Shown here: positions 1 to 14,162 of the stretch, one piece after another | Position numbering within the stretch: position 1 is the stretch's first letter | Layout of the letters: each line of letters starts with the position of its first letter | Source: Kudoa neothunni | Taxonomy: Eukaryota; Animalia; Cnidaria | NCBI GenBank assembly: GCA_964304625.1 | Contig: OZ199838.1 | Location: forward strand, 15,899,864 to 15,963,863 | Direction of reading: 5' to 3' | DNA: 64,000 bases | Made by a program: the position numbers and the translations under genes | Notes under the pieces: generated by a model | The model's database searches: none | Told to the model about the DNA's origin: nothing | Seen by the model: only the letters and a program-made list of their open reading frames with translations

Positions 1-32
1 GAATAAACCATATCTAAATTGGAATTTCCAAG

Positions 33-248
33 AAATACGACCATGGATTGATGTATGGGTATGCTCTCACAGATCCTCTTTATCCCGATAAAGTACACAT
101 CTACGATCTTTGCACCAAACCTGGATCACTCTCAAAAGGAGCTATCGCTGGTATATCAATTTCAGTTATTTTAGTTATATCAGTAATCACTGGGGTTATT
201 GTGGCAAAAATCTATAAATGGGCTTGTTTTGCTCTTCCAGAGGCGTAA
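33..248 (+). CDS. Pseudo-NTPDase (GDA1/CD39-like) family copy A, terminal exon only; rest of the gene lies upstream of the window
   Basis: AG acceptor at 31-32, then KYDHGLMYGYALTDPLYP, a TM segment (GAIAGISISVILVISVITGVIVA) and KIYKWACFALPEA*. Same last-exon pattern as the other copies. Confidence 0.85.
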   Translation, partial: KYDHGLMYGYALTDPLYPDKVHIYDLCTKPGSLSKGAIAGISISVILVISVITGVIVAKIYKWACFALPEA

Positions 249-749
249 ATGAAACTGTCAGTGCGTTTCGAAAATTTCCAAAAGGATGATTCACTAAACA
301 ATATATTATCTGGTAAAAAACATTAATTTAGTTATTTTTTCTTTATAAAGTTAAAATCTCAATTTTTCTAGTTCATTTGTGTAACCTATTTACTTAATTG
401 AATATTTTGATTTACTTTCATCAATGTTTTCTGCTTTCATTATTTAGTTAAGTCGTTTGTTACATAATTATGTAGCAATTTATTTTTTAAACTTTTTAGT
501 TTTATTACAAAAGATAAAATAAAATATCGTTTAAAAATTAAAACACATTTCATTAATGAGTAATAAGAAATATGAAGGATTTGGAATCAAATGCAATCAT
601 AATAAGTTGGTTGTCTTTTGGGAATTTCTTAAAGTATTTCCGGTTTTTATAATAATTAATTTGTCAACTTCCGGGTAATTTAAAATTTTAGTTAATGACT
701 TCAGTAGACTCAATAATTTGTTTGATAATTCATAAAAAATTTTTGTTTA

Positions 750-1310
750 AGAGAAGTTAATTATATTTATATGTGAGGAATGAAATATTAATGATATATA
801 TGAATTAAAATTTATTGTCCAGTTATAATTTCTCAAATTCAATAAAATTGTATAAAACAAATGTGTTGAAGATAAATCATTGAAAAAATGTATTTAAAAA
901 ATCAGAAAGAAAAGAATTTTAAAGTGATTATGATATAAAAATGATACGTCGCTCTAGGGTTTCGTTCCTTTGATTATATTGAAAGAAAAAATGAGCTTGC
1001 AATAAATCATTCTTTACAATTTAATGGATAAATTTTATTCTTTTATTATTCTATAAATTATAGAGGACCAATATCTAATGTAATAAATAGGTAGTAAGAA
1101 AATATTCTCATCAATCAATATTCTTCAAAAACTATGAAATATTTAAATTTCTCTTATCCAGATCTTTTTCTATTTATAAACATCATATAAATTCAAACTT
1201 TTTATTCTTGACTTATGAGTGGTTCGCGAGCTATTTTCTCAGAAGCATTAACCAAATAACACCGGTCCAAAAATATTTTGTTTTATATATTTTTACACAA
1301 CAAGCTTGAA
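750..1310 (+). pseudogene. Possible heavily eroded relic of another family copy
   Basis: Family-like fragments occur in the correct order with stops and deletions: ILMIYM (~786), SLKKCI (~877), LGFRSFD...LQFNG (~954), AG-IFF (~1162), LTYEWFASYFL (~1208; compare LGYEWMHSYSL). Confidence 0.3.
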
Positions 1311-2879
1311 AGCTAAGGTAATTGACAGTGACTATTGCAACGGATGGGAATATCTACTAAATCAGCGCTTGTATCAAGATTTTAATTGCATAAATACATA
1401 TAACAATAAATGAGTTATTATTAAAGAAATTCTTAAAAGAAAATAAATTAGTTGATTTTTTACCTCTAAGTTGGCCAACTATGTCGACTGTGTTTAATAG
1501 TTGTCTTCAATAAACTCATATTTTAGTTAATGTATAAGGGATTTTCAAATCTTTGTTATGTTGATTTTATAAAACAAGAATTTTCTATAAACCACATACA
1601 TTAATTAGGAACGCATGAACTTGTGTTAATGTGGGTTTGCAACAATGATTATAAATAAACTGCGTTACGATATGATTTCAATTAAATTAATTAATTTTCC
1701 ATTTAATTGCTGGTTTAAATTTTTATAATGGGCCTTATCGATAAGATCTCCATTTATTGCTTAAATATAAATGTCAACTATACGTAACATTACCACTTAA
1801 TTTGTTTTGAAAAGATATTTCCTGTCCTTGAATATATATATTCGGAGTAATTTTCCATTTAATAACCTTTCAGAGACCCCATTTTTCTGAAATCTGTGTT
1901 TTGGCCTATCAAAACTCTAAATTCTAGCTTATATGTTTATTTAATCTCCTATAATTATTCAATTTTTTTTACATTCATTTTTTTTAAAAGAAACCTCATA
2001 TGTTCTCGTAAAAATGTGTTCAACGGGCCGTCGGTTTATTGATTCGCCTTAGAAATCATTTTTTAAGCGTAATATCAAATGTTTTCTTATTATACAGAAA
2101 TAAAGTAATTACAACGTCAAAAATCAATAAACAATGTAAGGTGGACGTTATAGTTATTATTTCTCTCACGTTGCATAATATGATTCTGATGATGTAAAAG
2201 GATAGGATAGTTTTAGTGATTCACGTTAATACTTACAAAAACGTGTTAATTCCCAATAATTAAAGGAGGTATCATATTTTTGAAATATTTTTATAACATT
2301 CATTAATGTTTTTCATTTATTAAAATATCACGCTTCAATTTTTCCTAGAATGTCCTTACATATTTTCTTTCCATGTACTGTATTATCAAAATGGATTAAA
2401 TTATGCAATTTCAATTTCAATATTTAATTAGTGTGGCGCAAAAGTAATTGAATGTAGAAATGAACAAACTAATTTTGAGAAAGTATAAATTAATACGAAA
2501 ACCTGAAAGTAAATATTAATTAAAACTTGAATCATAACATACATTTTTATTGCTTTCAGTGAATTAGATCAAATATAAGCCATCAATCAATGTAGAGACT
2601 ACCGAGATCAACTGTGTGTCTGTGTGTATAACCCAGGGGATGCATTGCCGTTTGTGTAATTATTTGCGAAAAGAATTTGAAGTATTTTTGTCTATCTTAT
2701 AACTTAGCAATAAGATAAATTTTAAGAGCTTATATTGGTAACGCTTAGTAAAATGTTCTTGAAATTTCCTATTGATTGATTTATTAATTTTATTATTCGA
2801 ATAACATTTTTAATAGTCATAAATATACTATTTGCAAATTTAAAAAGTTAAAAGAAAATAAAATCGCTATCATAGAAAA

Positions 2880-2950
2880 CTTCTGGGGTATCTGAGGTAC
2901 CTCCATGGTTACTCGCGTAAGTTTATTGAGCGCGGTCCTTCGAGGGTTAA
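2880..2950. mobile_element. piggyBac-like right terminus; left end not resolved
   Basis: Subterminal GGGGTATCTGAGGTACCTC palindrome-like motif followed by ...CTTCGAGGG-TTAA. Confidence 0.35.
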
Positions 2951-3562
2951 CCCAAAATTTTATAAAGAGGTTTGCTTCGTTGATCCAATACCTCAAATTA
3001 ATTAAAAAATAATGGCAATTATTCACAAGATATACTGTCGATCGAATCTACAAAACTAATTATTTAGTTTTTAAATTAGCTAATAAGCGGTATAAAGTTA
3101 AAAAGGCAGTGGTTATTCTTACAGTATGGAATATCATCTAAAATAGCTAAGATATTACAACACTGATTTTAATGATGTGTAAAGCTATTTTTTATTTTCA
3201 CGAAAGTAAAATTTCATAAAAATATCTTTTTATTAAAATTCGTTGGTGAGATTAAGCGTTATATCGTAGATTTTTCTTAGATTTTGACTATATATACAAA
3301 TATTTGTCAACATAACACTTAGTGAGGGCCTTTATTTTATGGAAAAAAATGCTTTATTCATACTTTACGTGTTCGTTGAATTTGAGTCACGCACGATTTC
3401 GTCTGCACCCACGTAGCCGGTACCAGGGCTACCAGCGAAGTTTTCATAATACCCAAGGTCGAGAAAAACATTAGTATAAAGTACAAGAAAATAGAATCGG
3501 ATTTATCAAATTTTTAAACATTCTTACAATTCAATTATTACGTCTTCAGACATTAAATTTAA

Positions 3563-5978
3563 GGCAGTATCTATTGGTTAGTACAAATTTGGTTTACCGC
3601 TGTCAAGCAATCTATTTTAATTTACGATCACATAAAAAAATTACCTAGTATATTATATATTAATATATAATAAATGATAGATATTGGTCCGCAGGAACAT
3701 GCGTCGAATTACTTTACTTAGGATAAGTAAAAAAATATTATTCTTGTAATTTAACACAATAAATGATCTAGTTTACTAGTAGATTCAATTTTAAATTTTT
3801 AATGACTTATTTTTAAAATTTTATCTTCAGAATATCTATTACCTCTACATATAAAACAATAAGAAGTTGTTGATATAATAAACTCGTGATAAGTTTATGA
3901 TGTAATAAATTCACTAATAAAATCAAATTATTTATAGTTATAAACTTTTTTATGTGGATCCAAGTCATTGTGATGATTATAATTAACTCAAAACTTTAAA
4001 GAACGCTGATTGTCTAATGTTGATTTTTTGGCGTTGATCTCTATATAGAATAATTCAATTTTAGTATGTAATGAAAATTTATTATTTTATTAATATCAAC
4101 TATAATTATGTAATTTATACCTTAATTTAACTCAAACAAATTATGATTATTTTTATACTCACTTATTTAGAGTTTGTATTTAAAGTGTAATTTTGACAAT
4201 ACTAATTGAAATGTTACGTTCTGAATAAACACGTTAGTATATGATTATCCATCATTTAACTTTAATCCATAATTAAAATATTGTTCAACAAATCTTGATA
4301 TATAACTACTTATTGGCAATTTAATTTAAAAAATGTTGACTTGTGATCTTTATATTATGTATCAAAAAGTTGTTGCCATGACTGATGTTGCATATAATTT
4401 GAACTATTAAAATAAGGCTAACATATTTCAGAACGTGATAAAAACATAGTTGCGAATCTGCGGTTGGAAAAATTTATTCTATGACTTATCGTTCCACTAT
4501 GTCTTTGTCCTTAAGAAAGACTTTCGTGTTAATTTCCATTATTCAGTTATATTGTTTTAATAAGTCAAGAGAAAACTTCTTCGGTCACTTATACAAGTGT
4601 TCCGGTCGCCCCTATCTCAGTTGGTCCCCTAGGGTTGGTGATTGCAACAAAATACACAGGAGCTTTGAAATCTAGGAGCTTGTAGTAGCATCGATAAAAA
4701 TAATTTCAGGGTATGTTTCAAGGATTTTTTCATGCTAAAATCTTGAATAAATAAAACTTTAAAGTTTTTTCTGTTTTCCAAGATTTCTACATGTTAGTAT
4801 CGCGCGAAGATAGAAACCCAATATAATAAATAACAATGTAATTGACATGGTAGTGATAGAGACCGTATTAGTTAGAATAACGATAACTAATTAATGATGA
4901 TGGAAATTAGTACGTTCAGCTGTTTGGATGTGATAATGTAGGTCCATAGTAATAGTTTCCTTTGTGATCATAACACTAGAAATTTAACATGTTTCTTTTT
5001 TAGAGTCTGTACAAATTCTACATTCTTTGAGTGGGCTTTCACTTAATATGTCATGTTGGTTTAATTTTTTAGAGAAATAAACTTCCTTTTTCTCGAACAA
5101 ATTTTATGGGATAACCTTTGAACTTCAATAAATTAAAAAAGTTGTGAAATAAAATCAACTACATCATTAGTTAATCTTTTTTATTTAATTACAATTTTGA
5201 TGAAAAATTGGAGGGATCATGATTATGGGGAATGCCGAGGGATTTTGACACAAACTTTTCTTCGCCCCCACTTATTGATAATTTTAAAAACGTAGGACTT
5301 ACTCTAAAATTAGAATTTTTATTTTTTGACCGGAAGATCGCTTTCACTAAAATAATAGACAATATTACAATAAATATTCATACATAAATTCAGTTTTTTG
5401 AGAAATTTACATTTTTTCAACCATGAATACAACAGTATTTTATCTGGTAGTGTTGAATAGTTAGATTTATTACTCTACCACATCGCTTCTTCGTAGTTTC
5501 AATGGTTTTAGAATCTATGAATAAACTTCTCGCGCCATTTTATCCGAATTCCTCAATTTTCAATTTTAGTTCTACAAAACTGTTAAATGAAACTTCAGTG
5601 TAAAATGAATTATTTTCAGAAATAATATTATTGGGGCTTGTTTTATTCCTTCAGTATTCATTCCACGCAAACACGTTACGAATTAAATTCACATGTTTTC
5701 TTCCATTAAAATCAGATGTTTTGAGATAGAAGAATTCCATTTTTTCTATTATTAGTGTTCACATTGAAATATCTCTCTTTTATACAATTATTTTAAGTTA
5801 TATCATCAAGTGATGAATACACTATTTTTATTTTATAATAAAATGAAGTAATTATTTTATCAATATGAGCTTTAAATAAACTTTGAAATGTTCATTTAAA
5901 TCCGAAAATACACATTTTGAATAATGGGAAATTCGAAAATACAATAAACCGAATTTGTACGGGCCAATAGACACTGCC
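3563..5978 (-). mobile_element. Decayed Mutator-like (MULE) DNA transposon
   Basis: About 40-bp imperfect TIRs (GGCAGTATCTATTGG..TACAAATTTGGTTTA / TAAACCGAATTTGTAC..CCAATAGACACTGCC). Perfect 9-bp TSD TAAATTTAA (3554-3562 and 5979-5987). Minus-strand remnant ETYPEIIFIDAT matches the first MULE catalytic Asp motif. Confidence 0.85.
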
Positions 5979-6379
5979 TAAATTTAAATTTATCGAAGTA
6001 TGATTGCAGCGTTTTGCCACGAACACTCACTCATACTTAACGTCTAGTGAAGATCATTACACTCACAATTTATTACTTCGTTGTCCAAAATATATTTTGA
6101 AATAACGTTTAAATTTCCTAATAATTTTTGACAATGTTTACTGAGTAATTATGTAATCATACCATGTTAAACAATCTAAAGTGTTGCCGTTTAGTAACGC
6201 AAATGTTTAAAATATGCACGACAGTGGTTCCTGCGCCTCTAAGAGTGTGAACTATGGGCTTGGGGTTGCGAGATTCGATCACAATAGAAAACGATTTTTG
6301 AGAAATTTTGAGTCAGTTACACCTTATCGTATGCAAGCGGATGCGAATTTGGTTTTGTCATCTAATGGGGGTGTGAGTC

Positions 6380-7662
6380 CAATTTTAGTTAGGAAGCGCT
6401 GAAATACATGGTATTTGCGTAAGCGCGTTATGTACAGAAAACAAAAATTTGTTGAGATTAAAATAACTAGTAATTTCAAATTGTTTGCACCATTTCCGGA
6501 TTATTTCAGATATGAATTCCAAAACTTTGTGCCTTGAAAATAATGCCGTTAAGTTTTCTAACAAAAGTTTTCTGATTAAATTAATTGATTGTTTGAGTCC
6601 CGCAGTTGACACAAACGCTTCATCTTTTTAAAAAGTTTGATCGATATTTTCTCGAATTTTATCAGCTGCCTACGTTTTAGGTAAAACCATTGATTCCTCA
6701 TGTATTTTTCCCTTTTCTTCAATATTGATCGTTTCATCATATTTTTATTTAGAGATTAAAGTTGATAAACAATTAAATAATATAACGAAATTTTCAACAT
6801 TATTTTCAGAAAAATCTTGAGATAAGTTTTCATTATCTATTAATTAATCTTTACTTTGGTATATTGTGGTATCAATGTACAATGCTCAAAAAGTCTAGAT
6901 ATTCTAAATGAGTTCTGAATTATAGTCGATGATACGTTTTTCAACGCATGATTTAAAGTTTTAATAAAACCAAAATGATATACTTAATTAAATTTGAATT
7001 AACCACACTTATTATGTTGTACCCTTGGTATCGTAGTGAATTTTTTTTTAAATTAATTCCAAATCTATTTTTGTATTCGACTAACCAACGGTTACTACCG
7101 GTAAATTTGTCAATACCTATGGATTTAGCGATACTTTTTGTCATTTCAACGCTTAAGTAAGTAGGAACAAATTTTTTTTCATTTCGCATCATAGTTATTC
7201 ATGTATACAATAAATTAACTAACTCCGTATAATTGTCTTCTTTTAAATATTCTCTTTTTAAAAGCCGAAACAATTAAATTAATGATATCATTTTGAGAAG
7301 CTAAAATTCTATTAATAGTGGAATGCCTTGCAAATATGTTATGTTGGGATTAGATAATTTTATATTATTCGATTATTTCAATGCTTTCAGCCAGTGTTCG
7401 TTGATTCCTTACCATTTTTATTTCGCAAAATTCCAAAAAAAGATTAATTGAGGATTAAACTGAACAAAATGTTACGCAGTGACGAGATTTTAGTTTTAGC
7501 ATACTAGATAAAATTTATACATCCTTAATAAAAACTTGTTATTTTCGCTTGTTCAATTAACATTAATTTAAATAATATAAAAACAATGTTTGAATAAAAA
7601 ATTTTAAATATCCTTTATATTTCAATGAATTTGTGAAATTACGCAATATGCAGGTTCGACTG
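6380..7662 (-). mobile_element. Decayed pogo/Tigger-type element with CENP-B-like HTH; left boundary approximate
   Basis: ORF 6953-7192 contains KSIAKSIGIDKFTGSNRWLVEYKNRFGI (HTH_CENPB-like). Terminus GCAGGTTCGACTG-TA at 7650-7664. Confidence 0.7.
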
Positions 7663-7671
7663 TAGTTTTAA

Positions 7672-10220
7672 CCTTCCGAGTGATTCTGGGGTCTATTAGA
7701 CCCCATAGCCTGATGGAATGATATTTTGGTGCATTTCCTGATATAGAGAACTTTAGATATACTGTCTATTCTTCCAAAAATATTACTTTTCTATAATGCT
7801 TAATTAAATTAAAAAATTTTTATCTGGATGATTAAAAAAACTGTTTTTATTCACTTAATATTTTTGAGGTCTATTAGACCCCATCATTTTATTTCACCAA
7901 AAAGTGAAGAAAACCGTTTTTTAATTAATCTTAAAATTTAAAAAAATTCTACCGATTAATTAAATAGAAATTAAAGGATCAAATATATGGACATTTGCGA
8001 GAAGTGCCGAACACTGCCCGATTCTAAGACATTAGTGATTACGGTTATATCTTTTCGAGTGAAAATGATGGCGATTGCAATTAAAATCGTTGACACTGAA
8101 GAATATAGTGATTTAGAATATTATCCTCCAATTCTTATCATAATGTATGTGTCAATACACCTTCTGTGTATTTAAATAAAAATAACGAGTCATAGTTTAC
8201 CGAAATACCCACATCTTCAAAAACACGAAATGAGAATATAATGAATAAGGCTCCGGGCATTACCGCCGATGCAGCGAACAGAATAATAGCGTTAGTTGAC
8301 TGCCTGCGTATATTTTTAGACGTCATTTTCTGCGATATTATTGTCAGAAATACAAATAAATTTGGATTTCAACATTATCTCGAATCATGGAATGAGTTAT
8401 AATATTTATAATATCGTGCTTACATTGGGATTCTTGTAAACATGGCGATTTATAAATCTAAACTAGAATCTATTAAATCCTTATGGAGTGTAAACAAAGG
8501 TGGACCGATATTTCGTACAATAGTACCTTTACGTAGATTTGTTAAAATAACAAGGGCTCTACATTTTGGTGACTTTGAAACGAGACTTCAGCGAAGAGAA
8601 GAGAAGGCGATAAGTTTTTCCTGATTCAATAAATTTTTGAGAATTGGAAAGGGGTACTGTCAAATGCCTGATTCCTCATGCAGACCTAACTGTCGATGAG
8701 CAATTAGTAGCTTTTAGGAGTAAATATACATTTACGTAGTACATGCGTTCAAAGTCGGCGGTTTATGGCATAAAATTTTGCTGTTGATTGATCCTGCAAC
8801 CAATTGTTGTCATAATATATCCATTTTCGTAGGTAAAGTCAATAATCAAAGGGAAGAATGCTTAGGAGAGAGTGTTGTATTGGATCTCGTTTCTTATTTA
8901 GAATCTAATGGCAGAAATATTGTTTTCGACAATTTTTTTACCTCAATACCCCCCTCCCCTTTTCCGATAAGTTATTACAGCTTCGACTCACAATGCTCGG
9001 TATCATTAGATGTAGTAAACGAGATATTTATTCCTGAGTTAATGAAAGCGAATAGACACTGGGATTTATACAGTTCACGTTTTCTTTTGAATGACAAGAA
9101 AATGTTGCTATCATATGAACCCAAAAAAATAAGGCGGTTTTAATGTTGGCAACGTCAACAAAGAATACCAGTTTATCTAATGATATATACAGAAAGTGAG
9201 ATGTCATTAACTGTTACAACAAAACAAAAGGTGGGGTTGACACCATCGATAGAATACTCACGTCAATTAGCGTTGAGAGATATTCAAATCGATAGCCAAC
9301 AATGGTTTTCTTCAATATCTTAGATATAAGTATAATTAATGCATTTTTCATATATGAGATCGTATTCAATTGAAATAGCGCAAATAGATAAACGATCTGA
9401 CAAGTTTACTACTGTTATGTTGGTAGATTAATACAGAAGATTAACAAACCATTAGCTAGGGGCGCAATTATTATTATTGTTGTTATTGTTGCTTTGTGGT
9501 GTCTCTCTCTCTCTCTCTCTCTTGCGTTTACAACAACTACAACAACTATCGATCAAGTTCGTGACCGCCATTAATACTAAGCAGATTCTTGCGGCCGTGA
9601 TGGATATCACGATCTCACTTATTACATCAATGACAATAAAATTACAAGATCCAAGTTCCTCGAGAATTTAGCAGATGAGCTTGTCAAACCAATTTTGAAC
9701 ATTAAACGACCTAATATTCCAGCAGAAACTTTTAATAGAACCAACGAAAACTTATCAAAATTCAGACAAAGATGCTAATTATGTTCGGGAGGTGGTGACA
9801 GAAAATCATGAAAAATCTGTTCGGTACGCTTACAGTGTTGTTGTGAGCAACATTTACATGTTTTAATAGTTCATTAGAGATCAATAAATAACTCAATTTA
9901 TTTAGTAGAGTACACATTTATGTGATTTAAACATTCCATAATTTTTTATTTGCGCTAAAATAGGAATTATTATGGATTTTAACAATCCATAAGACCCAGA
10001 GTTTAATGATTGGTAATATTATTTTTGTTCTCGGCGAAACTCGTGTTGCTTCGCAAGAAAAGTTTATTATGCTAACTTTTAAACTCTTCGATAGATTTTT
10101 TAATAAATATTGAAAATAAGTTTATCACAATTTTTACAGCAAATAGAACCAATAAAAACGTGGGGTCAAATAATCCCCAGAAGCGGCAAGTGTATAGTGT
10201 TTTTCGAGGCGCTCGGAAGG
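7672..10220 (+). mobile_element. piggyBac transposon with pseudogenised transposase
   Basis: TTAA on both sides, TIR CCTTCCGAG/CTCGGAAGG, subterminal GGGGTC..ACCCC palindromes. Broken transposase motifs LTVDEQLVAFR, GYGIK, RNIVFDNFFTS, YNKTKGGVDTID. Confidence 0.92.
9395..9655. repeat. Simple-repeat-rich insertion [(TTA/TTG)n, (CT)n, (ACA)n] nested in the piggyBac transposase
   Basis: Interrupts the transposase before FLENLADELVKP; CAAGTT occurs on both sides. Confidence 0.5.
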
Positions 10221-10967
10221 TTAATTAAGTAATCAAATATTTAAAAATAAAATAGAAAGCTATATGAACATTATTTGTGTAAGTATAATCAATTTGAATT
10301 AGATAAATTAGAATTATTAATTAAATGTCATTATTGTAGCGATAAATACTATGATAAAAAATTTCTTCATCATTTCAGATATAAATATACTTTTATAATA
10401 TTTTATTTAATAATATATAAAGTTAAATATTTAAATTATTAATAGTTGAAGTGTCAAAGTATGACTATTGGTTTCACAGTTATAAATATGAGATAAGATT
10501 AAATTTTGCCAATTCATAATCTTAGTGCATTTAAAATTAATTATATGTATTACATTTTTAATTAATTATTTATTAATTTTATCCGATTGACATAAAACAT
10601 ATTAACATTTGAATGAACGTATAGTTCACGATAACTACGGATGTCGTCGAGATATTACTATCGGGATTATTTTTAGGAATTAATTTTTAATTTCTAAACA
10701 ATAAAAAGATAATTGTTTGTTATAATATTATAATATTGTATTAAATAAACAATTAATTATAAAAAAAGTTTTCATTACAAAATTATTTAAAATATGAATT
10801 ATTTTTCGAATAAAAAAATTTAAAAGAAAATCAATTATTTAAAAATACAATCAATTAAATACTTGTATACATATTATATATTAAGTAAAATCAATTTTAA
10901 AATAATGATAATATTAATCAGACTATTATTTTTTAAGACAAATAAGCCGATCTAACTGACATTGAAA

Positions 10968-12756
10968 ATGAGGCCATGGCGATTATTGTTGATGAACTTT
11001 TTCTTTATATGCTGTTTGAATCAACTTGATTATGAAGTAAAAGATTAACATTTATCTATCACTAATCTATATACTATAGTATGGGGTGTTAATGTATGAG
11101 GGGGATCACAGAGTTAGGGCTTTTGGCTATAAATTCGATATATCAAAGGCAGATTCCAAGATAATTGAAGAATTTGACGAAAATTGTCCTCCAAGTGACT
11201 TAACCACAAATAATTTGATTCACTTTACGATAAAATCATTATAGATCTATTGTATCTTTATAAACTAGAAAGGTGGAAAGATTCTATCAACCAATGTGTT
11301 AATTATGTGAACACTGAGAAACTTCCTAACAAGGAGATTCGTTTCGAATATGTGGGTAGAGAATTTTTAAGAGAATTAAGGTAGTAAACAATAAAACTAT
11401 TTAACTTGATTATTTTAAAGGGAAAAAGATAAAAGTTCTTTTAAGGCGACTGTGAATACGTTTAAAAATCTATTTCAATCTAAAAATAAAATCAGTGAAG
11501 CCAACTTTGTAACTGTGGTCAGCCCAGGAGTGGTAGTAGCATCTAGAATAATTTATATTCGTTCAAATGAGGTGGGCTTTTTAATTGTTGCCTTAACTGC
11601 ATAAATTACATCGATGTAGTTGTTGGCGGCCGAATATGACGGGTTTTTATCTTTTGAAAATCAACACACTTTGTTGGGTTATGGAATTAGAAATTTTTCC
11701 GAACAATCCGCTGGAATACATCAAATGTCAATAGTGTCCGATAATGGAGTAGACTATATAGTTGCTGGTCTGGTTGGTACAATGTCAGAAAATTATTTCC
11801 TAAGAGGGCATGAACCACACGTAAAATTTCTCAATAACAACAATAAATAGATTTTTATATTTTTTAGTATCCGTACCACTTCCGACTGGATCATTTAAAT
11901 GAAGGCGATTGCCTTTGCATTAAAATGGGTGTTATATTTGATGTGTGGATACATTCTAAAGAAGGTTCTGAATGCAAGTTTGACTCATCTGATCAAATAA
12001 ATCTGTATGTGTTTGGAAAAGGTGATACCTTTAAGGAGGCCGATTGCAAAACAAAAATTTTCAATGCCTACAAAAATGATAAGATGTTAAAAGCAAAGGT
12101 GTGTGGCAGTAACAATCTTATTACCTACCCACGTGCGATGAACGATAAAAAGCTATTGGTATACAAATACAGGATATCATTCATGTAATTGAATTTCAGG
12201 TTTACTTACCACTCAAGTATGACGCTTTTGATGGACAAACCACATTAAACATGTTCCAACAACATGCGGATTCGCAATGTTTACGATACAAAATAGAAAC
12301 TAAAATTGTAAACTAATTAATTAATTATTTATACATTTTTATGGGTTTTTTTCGTTCTCTATAGGGAGCTATCAGATTCTGGGTTAAGGAATGTTTAGCT
12401 GTACAAGAGTATTTACACTTTTTAAATTCTTTCATCAATAGTCATGGTATTATCTACACTTTAAAAGTATGATAACTGTGTTAATATTAATTTGTGCTCC
12501 TTTTAACACAATTTAGAAGCTAGACTACAAATGGATTAATGGTTACGCTTCCACCGATCCTCGCTATCCGAACACAGTAAACATAACGGAATTTACTCCC
12601 GATGTTGTACAATCCAAATCAACCAGGATAGGAATGGTGGTAGGAATAGTGGTTGGGGTCGCATTGTTCATAATTTTTGGTGTAGCAATTGTCGTGCCGC
12701 TTGCAAAACGTCATGGCCGGCTTTGTTGGAAACATAGGGATATTGCTTTTAGTTAA
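10968..12756 (+). CDS. Pseudo-NTPDase (GDA1/CD39-like) type I membrane protein, copy B; 9 exons, 470 aa
   Basis: Exons 10968-11036, 11080-11194, 11245-11380, 11421-11571, 11620-11820, 11868-12158, 12200-12307, 12365-12466, 12517-12756. All introns GT-AG, 40-57 nt, and the frame is continuous. ACR-like blocks: YGVLMYEGDHRVRAFGYKF, IRFEYVGREFLREL, VVSPGVVVAS, YDGFLSFENQHTL, KWINGYA. Confidence 0.88.
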
Positions 12757-12803
12757 ATTCATTTGCATCTTCATTATTATTCTTCTTTATCTATTATCTA
12801 CCA

Positions 12804-13761
12804 TCTACTGTATATATAAGGCTGAGTTGAGTGTCCGTGTCAGCAAATACACATAAGCGTCAAATTTTTTCCTTATAGAGAGATATTTATGAGATTTTTT
12901 AAAGTTCGCAATGTTTCAAAAAATCGCTAAATCGTTTTTACACCACCATATGTTCTTAAAAGTGTTCAGAAATGGTGATTTTGTCGATTCAAAGTTTATT
13001 TATAGGATTATTTGGGTTCAACTATAGGATTAACATCTGCTGGTGACCTACTGGTGGTTGGTTGAAGTTAACTTCCCTCTTTATATGCTTCATTAAATGT
13101 TGATTAACTGCTGTCATCTGACTTTGTATATAAATTTAGTGTGTTAATTTAGGTGTTTATGCGAATAAACTCATTATTTTTTAACTTTTAATATATTTGG
13201 CATGATAAATACACTTTAAGTTCTATAGGTTGCATTTAATATAGCAAAAATATGTGTATTTTCTATATTAATGAAAAATTTGAAGCATATGTTATAACCG
13301 GATGGATTCAATCGCTACATACTGAAAATAGGTCCCCAATTTTCGTTATAACGCCTGTCAAACTTAATTTTGAGCAACAAGATTTAATGTATAGATTGAA
13401 ATCTTATTTCATCTAATTATTTAAATATTTTTGTTCACTTTAAGAGGATATATAACGGTTTTGTGGAAAGATTGTATATAAATGTGTCGGATAGAGATAT
13501 TAATTTGGCCAATCAGAATAAATCATCGTATGTTAATATCGAGTTATTCAGGTTTTTCTCCTTTAATTAACTCTCTAAAATGATCTCAATTTTTTATTAT
13601 GCCCATCACAGTCGTTAAAAGAATGATATACAAATAAAACTTTTACTTAATCTCTCCTCAGGGCTAATCAAAATAGTCTTATATTTCTTTATTTTTTCTG
13701 ACATTATTCTTCTATGATGAAATTTTCTCAATCTAATGTGAAGCCAAGCAGTTGGCGTTAG
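12804..13761 (+). mobile_element. Possible non-autonomous Helitron-like element
   Basis: A|TCTACTGTATATATAAGG..TGTCCGT 5' end and GAAGCC..GGCGTTAG|T 3' end (degenerate CTAG). Confidence 0.3.
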
Positions 13762-14162
13762 TATTAAATATATTTCGTTCATTTTTATTTTTAGAAAATC
13801 TCTTTTTGATCTGAGAACTTTGAAAGATAATTGATCAGCTTATAATTTTATATTCGTTATAAAATATTTAATATTTCTGTATATAGACTATTCTTTAAAC
13901 TGAGAACAAAAAACAAAATATTATTTGTTTCATGTACTTATTCAAACGTAATTATTTCTTGAAATAATTTATTAAATTAATTCCTATTATCTTCGAATAT
14001 TGATTAATATTTATATTTAATAGTTTAATGCTTCAACTATTAATGAATTATATTGATTACTATTATTAATCATAACAAAACTTATGTAACGGAATTAAAT
14101 AATTAATTATAAAAATAGTTTCTTAAATTGTATTTATTAATAATTATATATATATATATATA

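Noticed and set aside
2550-2685. Cys-rich exon-like stretch
   Set aside because: No consistent open frame or recognisable homology.
9477-9671. ORF resembling a signal peptide plus Q-rich protein (MLLLLLCGVSLSLSLL...)
   Set aside because: It is a translation of microsatellites inside an insertion in the piggyBac element.
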